Part shown: positions 54,881-63,761 of the stretch, one piece after another | How the letters are laid out: the number at the start of each line of letters is the position of its first letter | Numbering within the stretch: the stretch's first letter is position 1 | Virus record (IMG/VR): IMGVR_UViG_3300032245_000902 | Span: 26,916 to 90,915 of that record | Origin: a virus | Lineage: Duplodnaviria > Caudoviricetes | DNA length: 64,000 nt | Reading direction: 5' to 3' (one strand) | Translations under genes and position numbers: made by a program | Notes under the pieces: model-generated | Database searches by the model: none | What the model was told of the DNA's origin: nothing | Seen by the model: the letters and a program-made list of their open reading frames with translations, nothing else

Positions 54881-56592
54881 TTACATTCCAGAAAGTCCGT
54901 TGGAAGAACTTCTTATCAACTGGCAACACATTTACAGAAATTAACTTTCAAAAATCACCAAACACTCTCATCATTGGTCATAATGGTGCGGGTAAGTCCA
55001 CTATATTGGATGCCTTGTGTTTTGGTCTTTTTGGTAAACCATTTCGTAAAATCAATAAACCACAACTTGTAAACTCCATCAATCTTCAGGCTGCTGTTGT
55101 AGAGATTGAATTTGCCATTGGTAAGAAACAATACAAGGTGATTCGTGGTATCAAACCAAATACATTTGAAATCTATTGTAATGATGTTCTCGTTAATCAA
55201 GATGCAAAAGCGGTAGATTACCAAGAACATTTAGAAAAGTTTATTCTCAAATTAAATTATAAATCTTTCACTCAAGTGGTCATTCTTGGCTCGGCCTCGT
55301 TTGTTCCATTTATGCAACTATCTCCTGCTGACCGCAGAGCAATCATTGAGGACTTGTTAGATATTCAAATCTTCTCCTCTATGAATGGTGTTGTCAAAGA
55401 AAAGATGGCCATCATAAAAGACATTTCATCTAAAAACAAATATGAAATGGATTTGACATCTGAGAAGATTAACTTTCAAAAACAAAGTATTGAAGAACAT
55501 AAGAACCGTTCTGATGAGGAGATTACCAAGAAGCGTAAAGAAATTGCCGATTCTGTGGATCAAATCTTTACATTGGAAAAGAATGTTGAGTTAATTCAAA
55601 AACATATTGATGTGTTGCAGAGTAAGATTGCCGACCAGATATCAGTTCAAAAGAAAAGTTCCAAACTGTTACAATTGGAGTCTAAACTAGAATCCAGAAT
55701 TAAAAAGATTGATAAAGAGGTATCGTTCTATGAAGAACATTCTGATTGTCCAACCTGTAAACAAGGAATCAAAGAAGAATTTCGAACAGAACAAGTTTCT
55801 ACTCTCACAAATACAAAGTCAGAGGTTACCACAGCCTTATCAGATATCAATGCTCAGATTGATGCAACGAGCAAACGAATCGAACAAATTCAGAATGGTC
55901 TTAAACACATCACCGAACACAACAACGAAGTGGTTAAACACAATTCAACAATATCAGCAATTAATAAGTTCGTCACAAAACTACAGAGAGAAGTGGAAGA
56001 ACTGACCAGTCATAAAGATAGTCTTGAAGATGAAAATGCCAAGTTGAAAGAACTCAGAGAAGAACTTGGTGTATTGATTAAGAAGCAAGAAGAACTTTCC
56101 ACAGAGAAACAATACTATGAATTTGCTGGTGCCTTATTGAAAGATACTGGCATCAAAACAAAGATTATTCGTCAATACTTACCTATCATGAATAAACTGA
56201 TTAATAAGTATTTGACTGCAATGGACTTCTTTGTCAACTTCAATATTAATGAATCGTTTGAAGAAACAATTAAGTCCAGACACCGTGATGAATTTAGTTA
56301 TGCCAATTTCTCTGAAGGTGAGAAGATGCGTATTGATTTGGCACTACTATTCACATGGCGTCAAATTGCTAAACTAAAGAATTCTACCAATACCAATCTG
56401 TTAATTCTGGATGAAGTATTTGATTCTAGTTTAGATACAGTAGGCACAGAAGAATTCTTGAAGTTGATTCATGAAATGGGAACAGATACTAATGTGTTTG
56501 TTATCTCACACAAAGGTGACCAACTGTTTGATAAGTTCCGTTCGGTCATTAAATTTAAGAAAGTAAATAATTTTAGTCAGGTTGAAAAATGA
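54877..56592 (+). CDS. gp46: Recombination ATPase gp46 (Rad50/SbcC-like)
   Basis: 'GHNGAGKST', zinc hook 'CPTC', 'FSEGEKMRIDL', 'ILDEVFD', 'ISH'. Confidence 0.96.
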   Translation: MITFQKVRWKNFLSTGNTFTEINFQKSPNTLIIGHNGAGKSTILDALCFGLFGKPFRKINKPQLVNSINLQAAVVEIEFAIGKKQYKVIRGIKPNTFEIYCNDVLVNQDAKAVDYQEHLEKFILKLNYKSFTQVVILGSASFVPFMQLSPADRRAIIEDLLDIQIFSSMNGVVKEKMAIIKDISSKNKYEMDLTSEKINFQKQSIEEHKNRSDEEITKKRKEIADSVDQIFTLEKNVELIQKHIDVLQSKIADQISVQKKSSKLLQLESKLESRIKKIDKEVSFYEEHSDCPTCKQGIKEEFRTEQVSTLTNTKSEVTTALSDINAQIDATSKRIEQIQNGLKHITEHNNEVVKHNSTISAINKFVTKLQREVEELTSHKDSLEDENAKLKELREELGVLIKKQEELSTEKQYYEFAGALLKDTGIKTKIIRQYLPIMNKLINKYLTAMDFFVNFNINESFEETIKSRHRDEFSYANFSEGEKMRIDLALLFTWRQIAKLKNSTNTNLLILDEVFDSSLDTVGTEEFLKLIHEMGTDTNVFVISHKGDQLFDKFRSVIKFKKVNNFSQVEK

Positions 56593-57188
56593 GCGATACA
56601 ATTATATTTGATACAGAAGCAGCGGTACAAAATAAACCGTTAATGCAACAGGTAAAAACATTTACATTGGTACCAGAAAATCATCCAGCATTATATGAGG
56701 TTTTACCAGAATTTGATTTTGTTAATCCACCAGTAAGTCCAAATGAGTTTGCTTCCACATTGGTAGAAACTTGCAAATTAAATAAAGGTCTTGGTTTATC
56801 TGCCAATCAATGTGGATTTAAACATAGAGTATTTGTGATGGGTGCTGGTGATGAATATGTGGCATTTTTTAATCCAAAAGTTATTTCCTTATCGGATGAA
56901 ATGTCATTGATGGATGAAGGATGCCTTTCTTATCCTCTACTGTCATTAAGGATTAGTAGACCGAAAGAAATTATGGTTGAATACCAAGACTTCAATGGAG
57001 AGATTAGAAGTACCAAACTAGTTGGTATATCTGCTCGTTGTTTTCTCCATGAGCTTGACCATATGAATGGAATCGTGTATACTAGTCGTGTTAAACCTTT
57101 GGCGTTTCAGGTAGCCATGAAGAAAAGAGATAAACTCTTTAAGATGGTTAAGAAGATGCAGAAAAATTTGAGTAAGATTAAAAAATAA
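56589..57188 (+). CDS. def: Peptide deformylase
   Basis: All three motifs present: 'GLGLSANQ', 'EGCLS', 'HELDH'. Confidence 0.93.
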   Translation: MSDTIIFDTEAAVQNKPLMQQVKTFTLVPENHPALYEVLPEFDFVNPPVSPNEFASTLVETCKLNKGLGLSANQCGFKHRVFVMGAGDEYVAFFNPKVISLSDEMSLMDEGCLSYPLLSLRISRPKEIMVEYQDFNGEIRSTKLVGISARCFLHELDHMNGIVYTSRVKPLAFQVAMKKRDKLFKMVKKMQKNLSKIKK

Positions 57189-58453
57189 TGGCAACACCTA
57201 TAGAATTCGTTGAGAAACAATGGCAAGACTGGCAAGATAAAAATCCTGCCGAAAAGTTTGACCATATCGATGAAGATAATATGAAAGAAGTCCTGATTAA
57301 GGATTTGACATATGCTTCTCAAATGGATGTTCGTGAATATACTTTATATCAAAAATGGTGTGAAGTAAAAGAAAGATATCCTGTTCATGAAGTGTCTACC
57401 TTGTTTGGTACTGAAGTTCAAATGGTGGATCCTGAACAAAAGAAACTAGTTGATAAAGTTAAATCAAACTTTTGGGTACCACAATCACCTGATGATTATG
57501 AAAATTTAAAACCTGTTATGGTTTTATCAAATGGTCCTGATGCCGAAAGATGGAATGCCATACGCACTTTTTCTTCCACTATGAAGAATAATAGTAACAT
57601 TGGTCGTAACTTGTTTTATGTTTTAACTGATGAGGTAACAGGCAAATACCTTGGTGTTATCTGTATCTCCTCAGACTTTCTGGACTTGACTCCGAGAGAT
57701 AACGCCATCGGATGGTCGAGAGATGTTAAGACACAGCAACACATGATTAATCACACCGCAATTGGATCCACCATCGTTCCGTTACAACCATTGGGTTTTA
57801 ATTACATGGGTGGTAAGTTACTTGCCTTAATGTGTTTATCTGATACAGTTCAAAAAGATTGGAAGCGTCAATATGGAGACACTCTTGTTGGGGTTACTAC
57901 AACGTCACTCTATGGAAAAACAAAAGTTGGAGGCCTCTCGCAGTATGATGGCCTTGAACATTGGAATCCTATGGGTTTTTCTTCTGGTTCTGTGGCTTTC
58001 GAACCAAGTCGAGCAACTAAAAAAATAGTATTTGATTGGATTAAAGAGAATCATACTCGTAAATATTTTGAATGGTGGGAAGCCAAGAATACCCAAGGTC
58101 TTCCACTCAAGCGTGACCATAAGAACCGTTCTTTAAATTTTGCATATTCTAAATTGCAAATACCAAAAGAATTGATTCGTACCGAACACCAACGTGGCAT
58201 TTATTTTAGTCCACTCTATAACAACACTAATGAATTTCTCCGCAAGGAGATTACTGATTCTGAACTGGTAAAGTCGTTTGATACCAGTGAAGAAACCCTT
58301 GCTAATATTTGGAAAAGCAAATATGCTAAGGGTCGTATTAGGCAATTACAGAAAAAGAATACCGTTTCATACGATTCTTTATTCTATGATGACCTAATAT
58401 ACTTGTCTTGGGAAGATACCAAGGCAAAGTATTTGCCACAAGTTGGCAGATAA
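57188..58453 (+). CDS. DUF4338 / Druantia DruA-like protein
   Basis: 'GRNLFY..D..TGKYLGVI.ISSD..L..RD..IGW', 'P..FNY.GGKLLA', 'TTTSLYG..SQY' match the DUF4338 pattern as recalled; not confirmed by search. Confidence 0.65.
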   Translation: MATPIEFVEKQWQDWQDKNPAEKFDHIDEDNMKEVLIKDLTYASQMDVREYTLYQKWCEVKERYPVHEVSTLFGTEVQMVDPEQKKLVDKVKSNFWVPQSPDDYENLKPVMVLSNGPDAERWNAIRTFSSTMKNNSNIGRNLFYVLTDEVTGKYLGVICISSDFLDLTPRDNAIGWSRDVKTQQHMINHTAIGSTIVPLQPLGFNYMGGKLLALMCLSDTVQKDWKRQYGDTLVGVTTTSLYGKTKVGGLSQYDGLEHWNPMGFSSGSVAFEPSRATKKIVFDWIKENHTRKYFEWWEAKNTQGLPLKRDHKNRSLNFAYSKLQIPKELIRTEHQRGIYFSPLYNNTNEFLRKEITDSELVKSFDTSEETLANIWKSKYAKGRIRQLQKKNTVSYDSLFYDDLIYLSWEDTKAKYLPQVGR

Positions 58454-58474
58454 TCAAGTATACCGCAAATATGC

Positions 58475-58503
58475 TTGACACACACACTACATAATGATAT
58501 ACT
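58475..58503 (+). promoter_or_regulatory. Strong sigma70-type early promoter
   Basis: TTGACA-17 bp-TATACT with a TGn extension. Confidence 0.8.
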
Positions 58504-58565
58504 ATGTGGACTCGTTGAAGATGTTGACGAGATTTTATTATTAACTTTACTATGGAGTATTAAAA

Positions 58566-58835
58566 ATGGCTAAATTATCAGCTAAAGAAAAAATGTTGAA
58601 CGCTTTGACACAAACAGAAGGTTACAACACATTCACAACCAAACAAGCTCAACGCCGTTTTGGTATCACTAATGTTTCTGCTCGCATCTCTGAGTTGCGC
58701 CAAGAAGGTTACGCAATCTATGGTAACAAGAAAAACATCGGTGGCGAAGTGCAGACTGTGTATCGTTTAGGTACACCAAGCAAGTCTTTCAAAGCTCAAT
58801 GCCGTGCTAACGGTGTTCGTGTTCAGTCAGTTTAA
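58566..58835 (+). CDS. Small winged-helix DNA-binding protein
   Basis: 'FT..QAQRRFGITNVSARISELRQEGYAI..VYRLG' HTH plus wing; GGAG SD. Confidence 0.75.
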   Translation: MAKLSAKEKMLNALTQTEGYNTFTTKQAQRRFGITNVSARISELRQEGYAIYGNKKNIGGEVQTVYRLGTPSKSFKAQCRANGVRVQSV

Positions 58836-58849
58836 TCTGATTTGATGTG

Positions 58850-58884
58850 AGGGGTTTCCACGAAAGTGGTTACCCCTTTTTTTT
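58850..58884 (+). terminator. Rho-independent terminator
   Basis: aggggt-tt-ccac-gaaa-gtgg-tt-acccct followed by a T tract. Confidence 0.85.
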
Positions 58885-58900
58885 ATTTTTCGGAGAACAA

Positions 58901-59719
58901 ATGGAAATTTCAATTAAAAAAGAAGAACTACAAACAAAAAGCCTATTTGTCGCCACACCAATGTATGGCGGTATGAATCATGGTCTATACATGAAGGCCT
59001 GTTTAGATTTACAAGGATTATGTTTTCAATATGGCATTCAGATTAAATTTTCATTTCTTTTCAATGAATCATTAATTACTCGTGCAAGAAACTATTTGGT
59101 CGATGAATTTATTCACCGTTCAGGCTGCACACATATGCTATTTCTAGATTCTGATATCTCATTTAATCCACAAGATGTAATTGCTTTATTGGCACTCGAC
59201 AAGGAAGTTTCAGGTGGTCCATATCCAAAGAAAGCAATCAAATGGAAATCAGTTAAGAAAGCGTTAGAAAGAAATCCCGATATCGAATCACAAACACTAG
59301 AAAAAGTTACTGGTGATTATGTGTTTAATCCTGTCAAAGGCACCGCACAGTTTTCAGTAACACAACCATTGGAAGTATTAGAAATTGGTACTGGATTCAT
59401 GATGATTAAACGTGAAGTGTTTGCCAAAATGGAGCAAGCATATCCAATGATTCGATACAAACCAGACCATGTTGGCCAAGCGAATTTCGATGGCACACGA
59501 TACATTCATGCGTTCTTTGATACGGTTATTGATACAAAAGATAGTATTGTTGGTGGCGGCTCGGATCGTTACCTATCAGAAGATTATATGTTCTGTCAGA
59601 TGTGGCGTAAGATGGGTGGTTCAATCTGGTTATGTCCATGGATGAGAACATCACATATTGGCACCTATCACTTCCAAGGAGATATGCCAGCTGTTGCTAA
59701 TTATGTTGGAGAAATGTAA
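58901..59719 (+). CDS. GT-A fold glycosyltransferase-like protein
   Basis: ATG after GGAG; 'VATPMYGG', 'ESLITRARN', DxD in 'MLFLDSDI', 'GTGFMMIKR', 'SEDYMFC', 'HIG'. Confidence 0.8.
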   Translation: MEISIKKEELQTKSLFVATPMYGGMNHGLYMKACLDLQGLCFQYGIQIKFSFLFNESLITRARNYLVDEFIHRSGCTHMLFLDSDISFNPQDVIALLALDKEVSGGPYPKKAIKWKSVKKALERNPDIESQTLEKVTGDYVFNPVKGTAQFSVTQPLEVLEIGTGFMMIKREVFAKMEQAYPMIRYKPDHVGQANFDGTRYIHAFFDTVIDTKDSIVGGGSDRYLSEDYMFCQMWRKMGGSIWLCPWMRTSHIGTYHFQGDMPAVANYVGEM

Positions 59720-60069
59720 TGAACAAATTTGTTGAAGAAGCGCCTTATCATCCAGGATACGAAGATGCTGTAATCGACAACAAAGGTCGTAAATTTGATG
59801 GCGGTAAATTAGAATATGGTTTAGTTCCACCACTTGCTTTAAAATCTCTTGCAGAAGTTTTAACTTTTGGTGCTCAAAAATATGAGAGAGATAATTGGCA
59901 AAAAGTACCTGATTCAAAGCGTAGATATTTTGATGCCTTACAACGCCATGTATGGGCTTGGAAAGAAGGCGAGAAGTTTGATACCGAATCTGGACTACAT
60001 CACTTGGCACACGCCATGTGTTGTTTAATGTTTTTATATGAACATGATGTTAAGTATTCCAAAGAATAA
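59719..60069 (+). CDS. dATP/dGTP diphosphohydrolase domain protein (DUF5664-like)
   Basis: 'KFDGGK..L.P', 'VLTFGAQKY..DNW', 'ALQRH..AW..GE..D.ESGLHHLAHA'. Confidence 0.8.
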   Translation: MNKFVEEAPYHPGYEDAVIDNKGRKFDGGKLEYGLVPPLALKSLAEVLTFGAQKYERDNWQKVPDSKRRYFDALQRHVWAWKEGEKFDTESGLHHLAHAMCCLMFLYEHDVKYSKE

Positions 60070-60070
60070 C

Positions 60071-60099
60071 TTGACTTCTATTTTAGAATGTAGTATGAT
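60071..60099 (+). promoter_or_regulatory. Sigma70-type promoter upstream of gp45
   Basis: TTGACT-17 bp-TATGAT. Confidence 0.7.
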
Positions 60100-60128
60100 A
60101 AAAGGACTTTTACATAATGGAGAATCAA

Positions 60129-60803
60129 ATGAAGTTAACCAGTGAAACACTATCCGTATTAAAAAACTTTGCCAGTATCAATCAAGGCATTGAGTTTAAA
60201 AAAGGCAATACAATTCGTACCATGTCATCCGGCAAAACTGTTCTTGCCAAAGCCACTCTGAAAGATGATTTTCCACAAGACTTTTGTGTGTATGATTTGA
60301 ATCAGTTTTTGTCGGTACATTCAATGTTCGATAATACCGAAATTGAATTTGATGATAAGAATGTTATCTTTAAAAGCGGTACTAAAAAATCCACTAAGTA
60401 TCGTAAGACAGCAAAAGAAATGATTGTGACCGCACCAGACAAAGAATTATCTTTGCCATCGGTTGATGTTACTTTCACTCTCACCAAAGAAGATTTCTCT
60501 GATTTGTTAAAGATTGCCTCTATTCTTCAATCACCTCATATTGCAGTTGAATCACAAGGTGATAAGATTTCTTTGACTACTTTCAATGCCAAAGATGATT
60601 CAGCACATACCAACTCTATTGAAGTTGGTGAAGGCAATGGCAAGAACTTCAAGATGGTGTTTTTGACAGACAATCTTAAAATGATTCCGGGTGGTTATGA
60701 TGTTGAAATCTCTGCTAAAGGATTGGCTACATTCAAAAATAAATCTGTTGATATTCAATATTGGGTTGCAACCGAATCCAAAGAATCTAAATTTGAAGGA
60801 TAA
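60129..60803 (+). CDS. gp45: Sliding clamp gp45
   Basis: 'MKLTSETLSVLKNFASINQGI', 'YDLNQFL', 'NLKMIPGGYDV.IS', 'YWVA.E'. Confidence 0.95.
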   Translation: MKLTSETLSVLKNFASINQGIEFKKGNTIRTMSSGKTVLAKATLKDDFPQDFCVYDLNQFLSVHSMFDNTEIEFDDKNVIFKSGTKKSTKYRKTAKEMIVTAPDKELSLPSVDVTFTLTKEDFSDLLKIASILQSPHIAVESQGDKISLTTFNAKDDSAHTNSIEVGEGNGKNFKMVFLTDNLKMIPGGYDVEISAKGLATFKNKSVDIQYWVATESKESKFEG

Positions 60804-60805
60804 TT

Positions 60806-60997
60806 ATGTTAGTATATTTTACTGATGCAACCAACCAACAAAAAGTTGCCATTAATCCAAGATATGTTGTAGTTGTATTTGTTTTGCCTGACGGTGAAAT
60901 GAAAGGCAAAACAGTTGTTGGATTAACTAACGGTAATATCGTTGTAGAAGAATCACAAATTGATGTTGTTGGTATTCTGCAAGGCCAAATTGAGTAG
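60806..60997 (+). CDS. Small hypothetical protein (FlbD-like pattern)
   Basis: 'VAINPRYV..KTVVGLTNG.IVVEES..DVV' resembles FlbD-family 'LN...I....T.I.LTNG...VV.ES..EV'. Confidence 0.55.
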   Translation: MLVYFTDATNQQKVAINPRYVVVVFVLPDGEMKGKTVVGLTNGNIVVEESQIDVVGILQGQIE

Positions 60998-61033
60998 TAT
61001 TTTTGTTGTATATTATATTATGGAGTATGTGAA

Positions 61034-61966
61034 ATGGAACATTTATTATGGGTCGAAAAGTATCGACCAGCTAGAATAGAAGATTGTATTCTTCCGGATG
61101 CGCTCAAAGAAACTTTTCAGGAGTTCGTTAAAAGAAAAGAAATACCAAATCTTCTTTTATCTGGTACAGCAGGTGTTGGAAAAACAACAGTTGCTAAAGC
61201 ATTGTGTAATGAGGTTGGTTGCGATTACATTATCATCAATGGCTCTGATGAGTCTGGCATTGATGTCCTTCGCAACAAAATTAAAAACTATGCTTCATCA
61301 GTTTCTCTTATGGGCGGTAGAAAGGTTGTTATCATTGATGAGGCCGACTATCTTAATCCTAATTCAACTCAACCTGCATTGCGTGGAGCTATTGAAGAAT
61401 TTGCATCAAACTGCTCATTCATCTTCACTTGCAATTTCAAAAATCGGATTATCGATCCGATCCACTCTCGTTGTTCTGTTATCGATTTTAAAATCAACGG
61501 TTCTAAACCAAAACTGGCGGCACAACTTTTCAAAAGAGTTGAGAACATCCTTTCACAAGAAGGCATCACATACGATAAAGAAGTCGTTGCAGCCGTCATC
61601 ACAAAACACTTTCCAGACAATCGTAGGATTCTTAATGAACTTCAGCGATACTCAATTTCTGGTACAATTGATAAAGGTATTCTTGGTAGTGTTAGTGATA
61701 TACAACTTGCTGATTTAATCCAAGCTCTCAAAGATAAAGATTTTGCCTCAGCCAGAAAATGGGTCACAAACAATCTTGATAACGACCCAGCCAGAATATT
61801 CCGAAAATTATACGACAGTTTATATGAACCGTTAAAATCACAATCTGTTCCACAATTGGTCTTGATTCTTGCTAAGTATCAATACCAGGCAGCTTTTGTT
61901 GCTGATGCGGAGATTAATCTGATTGCTTGTTTGACAGAGATTATGGTGGATTGTGAGTTTAAATAA
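61034..61966 (+). CDS. gp44: Clamp loader large subunit gp44
   Basis: 'LWVEKYRP', 'GTAGVGKTT', 'IIDEADYL', 'SRC'. Confidence 0.96.
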   Translation: MEHLLWVEKYRPARIEDCILPDALKETFQEFVKRKEIPNLLLSGTAGVGKTTVAKALCNEVGCDYIIINGSDESGIDVLRNKIKNYASSVSLMGGRKVVIIDEADYLNPNSTQPALRGAIEEFASNCSFIFTCNFKNRIIDPIHSRCSVIDFKINGSKPKLAAQLFKRVENILSQEGITYDKEVVAAVITKHFPDNRRILNELQRYSISGTIDKGILGSVSDIQLADLIQALKDKDFASARKWVTNNLDNDPARIFRKLYDSLYEPLKSQSVPQLVLILAKYQYQAAFVADAEINLIACLTEIMVDCEFK

Positions 61967-62349
61967 TGCCGGATCTGTTCAAGGAGATTATACCCTCAAT
62001 ACTTCAAACTAAGAAGTCTGTAATACACGATGACATTGATGCAAAAGACTATACTCCTTTTGTGGTCAATCGTGCCTTATCATACCATATGGACTGTGTT
62101 CTATATGCCAACGAGATGAACCTTCATCCAGAGTTGGAAAAAGACCTTCAATATCAATATCTTCTAAATACCATCAGGTCAATGAAACGGAAATTTCAAC
62201 CGTGGCAGAAATCAGAGACCGATAAGAACATAGATTGCGTAAAAACCTACTTCGGTTACTCTAACCAGAAGGCTAAGGAAGCTTTGCGTATTCTTAATGA
62301 TGAACAAATCGCTGAAATAAAAAGAAGAACAGATAAAGGCGGAACATGA
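61966..62349 (+). CDS. gp62: Clamp loader small subunit gp62
   Basis: 'Y.PFVVNRALSY..D....ANEMN', 'YFGYSN.KA.EAL.IL'. Confidence 0.93.
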   Translation: MPDLFKEIIPSILQTKKSVIHDDIDAKDYTPFVVNRALSYHMDCVLYANEMNLHPELEKDLQYQYLLNTIRSMKRKFQPWQKSETDKNIDCVKTYFGYSNQKAKEALRILNDEQIAEIKRRTDKGGT

Positions 62350-62753
62350 TTAACATTACTGATTTAGTTGAAGTGACTTTGAATGAGAATGATGATTTTC
62401 TCAAAGTCCGTGAAACTCTTACACGCATTGGTGTGGCATCTAAAAAAGACCAAACCTTATTTCAATCGTGCCATATACTACACAAAAGAGGTCAATACTA
62501 TATTGTCCACTTTAAAGAGTTGTTTGCCCTTGATGGTAAACCAACCGACATTACCGAAAATGACTTATCTCGTAGGAATGCCATTGTGAAGTTACTGGAA
62601 GATTGGGGTTTGATAACTGTTGTGCGGAAACAACAAATTGAAAACCCACCACCAATTTTTCTAAGCCAAATTAAAATTCTTTCACATAAAGAGAAAGATG
62701 ACTGGCAATTAGTACCAAAATACAATATTGGTAAAAAACCAGGGGCCTATTAA
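62346..62753 (+). CDS. regA: Translational repressor RegA
   Basis: 'DDFLKVRETLTRIGVAS..L.QSCHILHKRG.YYIVHFKELF.LDG'. Confidence 0.96.
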   Translation: MINITDLVEVTLNENDDFLKVRETLTRIGVASKKDQTLFQSCHILHKRGQYYIVHFKELFALDGKPTDITENDLSRRNAIVKLLEDWGLITVVRKQQIENPPPIFLSQIKILSHKEKDDWQLVPKYNIGKKPGAY

Positions 62754-62764
62754 CCCCCGGTTTT
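62733..62764. terminator. Probable bidirectional terminator between convergent regA and phoH
   Basis: aaaacc-a-gggg-(cctattaa)-cccc-c-ggtttt with A and T tracts on either side. Confidence 0.65.
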
Positions 62765-63518
62765 ATTCATTATCTTCGTATTTGAGTTTTGCTAGAATAT
62801 ATTCTTTTACTAAACTACTTCTGACAATATCTTCTGCCGTAAACTCAATTCGAGTAAAGGCACTCATGTGCATGGCAATATCAAAGAATCTCAAGATGCC
62901 TGTCATATCGTTTTTTTTCTTGTTCAAGTCGGTCTGACGATAATCTCCACACCATAGAATTTTAGAACGATAACCTACACGGGTCATTACGGTATCAATT
63001 TCTTCAAAGGTCAAGTTCTGCATTTCATCTACAATGATGATCGCATCATCGAATGACATACCACGAATGAATGATGTAGAAATAAATTCAATATGTCCTT
63101 GTTCTGTCAATCGTTGATAAGCATCTTTACGACCAAATAAGGTTTCACAAATTTGTTGGTATGGTTGTTGAAAAATTTCCATCTTCTCCGTTACATCACC
63201 GGGTAAATGTCCAATTTCTCTTGATTGTACCGCAGAACGAACAATAATTATTTTATTGAACGGGTTTGATTTATCTAAAACTTCTTCCAAAGCTTTATAC
63301 AAAGCACAGAATGTTTTACCTGTACCTGCAACACCATGTAACGCAACAAAGTAATCACCTTGTTTATATGCATCAAAGAAAATCTTTTGATTATCTGTTA
63401 ATGGTTGAAATGTTTTTAAATCATCAATTCTTATTTTTAATGCATGGGTTTGTTGTTGTAATCTTGGTTCTTTTTCGTGAGTTTGTGTTTCTGGTAAAAC
63501 TCTTTTTTTGGTTGCCAT
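62763..63518 (-). CDS. phoH: PhoH-family ATPase
   Basis: 'GVAGTGKT', 'R.IGHLPG', 'FIRGMSF', 'IVDEMQN', 'TRVG..SK...GD..Q.DL', 'DIVRS'. Confidence 0.93.
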   Translation of the reverse strand: MATKKRVLPETQTHEKEPRLQQQTHALKIRIDDLKTFQPLTDNQKIFFDAYKQGDYFVALHGVAGTGKTFCALYKALEEVLDKSNPFNKIIIVRSAVQSREIGHLPGDVTEKMEIFQQPYQQICETLFGRKDAYQRLTEQGHIEFISTSFIRGMSFDDAIIIVDEMQNLTFEEIDTVMTRVGYRSKILWCGDYRQTDLNKKKNDMTGILRFFDIAMHMSAFTRIEFTAEDIVRSSLVKEYILAKLKYEDNE

Positions 63519-63610
63519 TAAAAATCTCTAGTGGTTAATTAAACGATACAATGCCTCATAATGGTATTTATCTTGGTATCTTGTGCTTATTAAAATATAC
63601 CATTATACTG

Positions 63611-63639
63611 TTGACTTTTGATATATATAAGTATATACT
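63611..63639 (+). promoter_or_regulatory. Overlapping sigma70 (TTGACT-17-TATACT) and late-like (TATAAGTA, 63626-63633) promoters upstream of hsp20
   Basis: Direct motif matches in the divergent phoH/hsp20 gap. Confidence 0.6.
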
Positions 63640-63750
63640 GGCTTCACCTTAGGACCGCTAAGTTTATGAAGCGTTTTAAAGCGGACATGACGTACGATGT
63701 CGCTGGATACCGTAACCAGTATAAACCAGATACGCCTTCGGGGTATCTAA
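63640..63750 (+). ncRNA. Putative structured RNA / long leader upstream of hsp20
   Basis: Four consecutive predicted hairpins, including a cUUCGg tetraloop, in a GC-enriched non-coding segment. Confidence 0.5.
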
Positions 63751-63761
63751 ATTTAATGTAA

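Noticed and set aside
58847-58900. Upstream extension of the GT-A ORF
   Set aside because: It runs through a terminator hairpin; ATG 58901 has a GGAG SD.
61098-61718. 206 aa alternative-frame ORF inside gp44
   Set aside because: It is fully nested in a conserved gene and shows no recognisable motif or SD.
63640-63750. tRNA or known self-cleaving ribozyme (hammerhead, twister, pistol, HDV-like)
   Set aside because: No TTCGA T-arm cloverleaf, and I could not fit the conserved cores or topology by eye; kept as an unassigned structured RNA.
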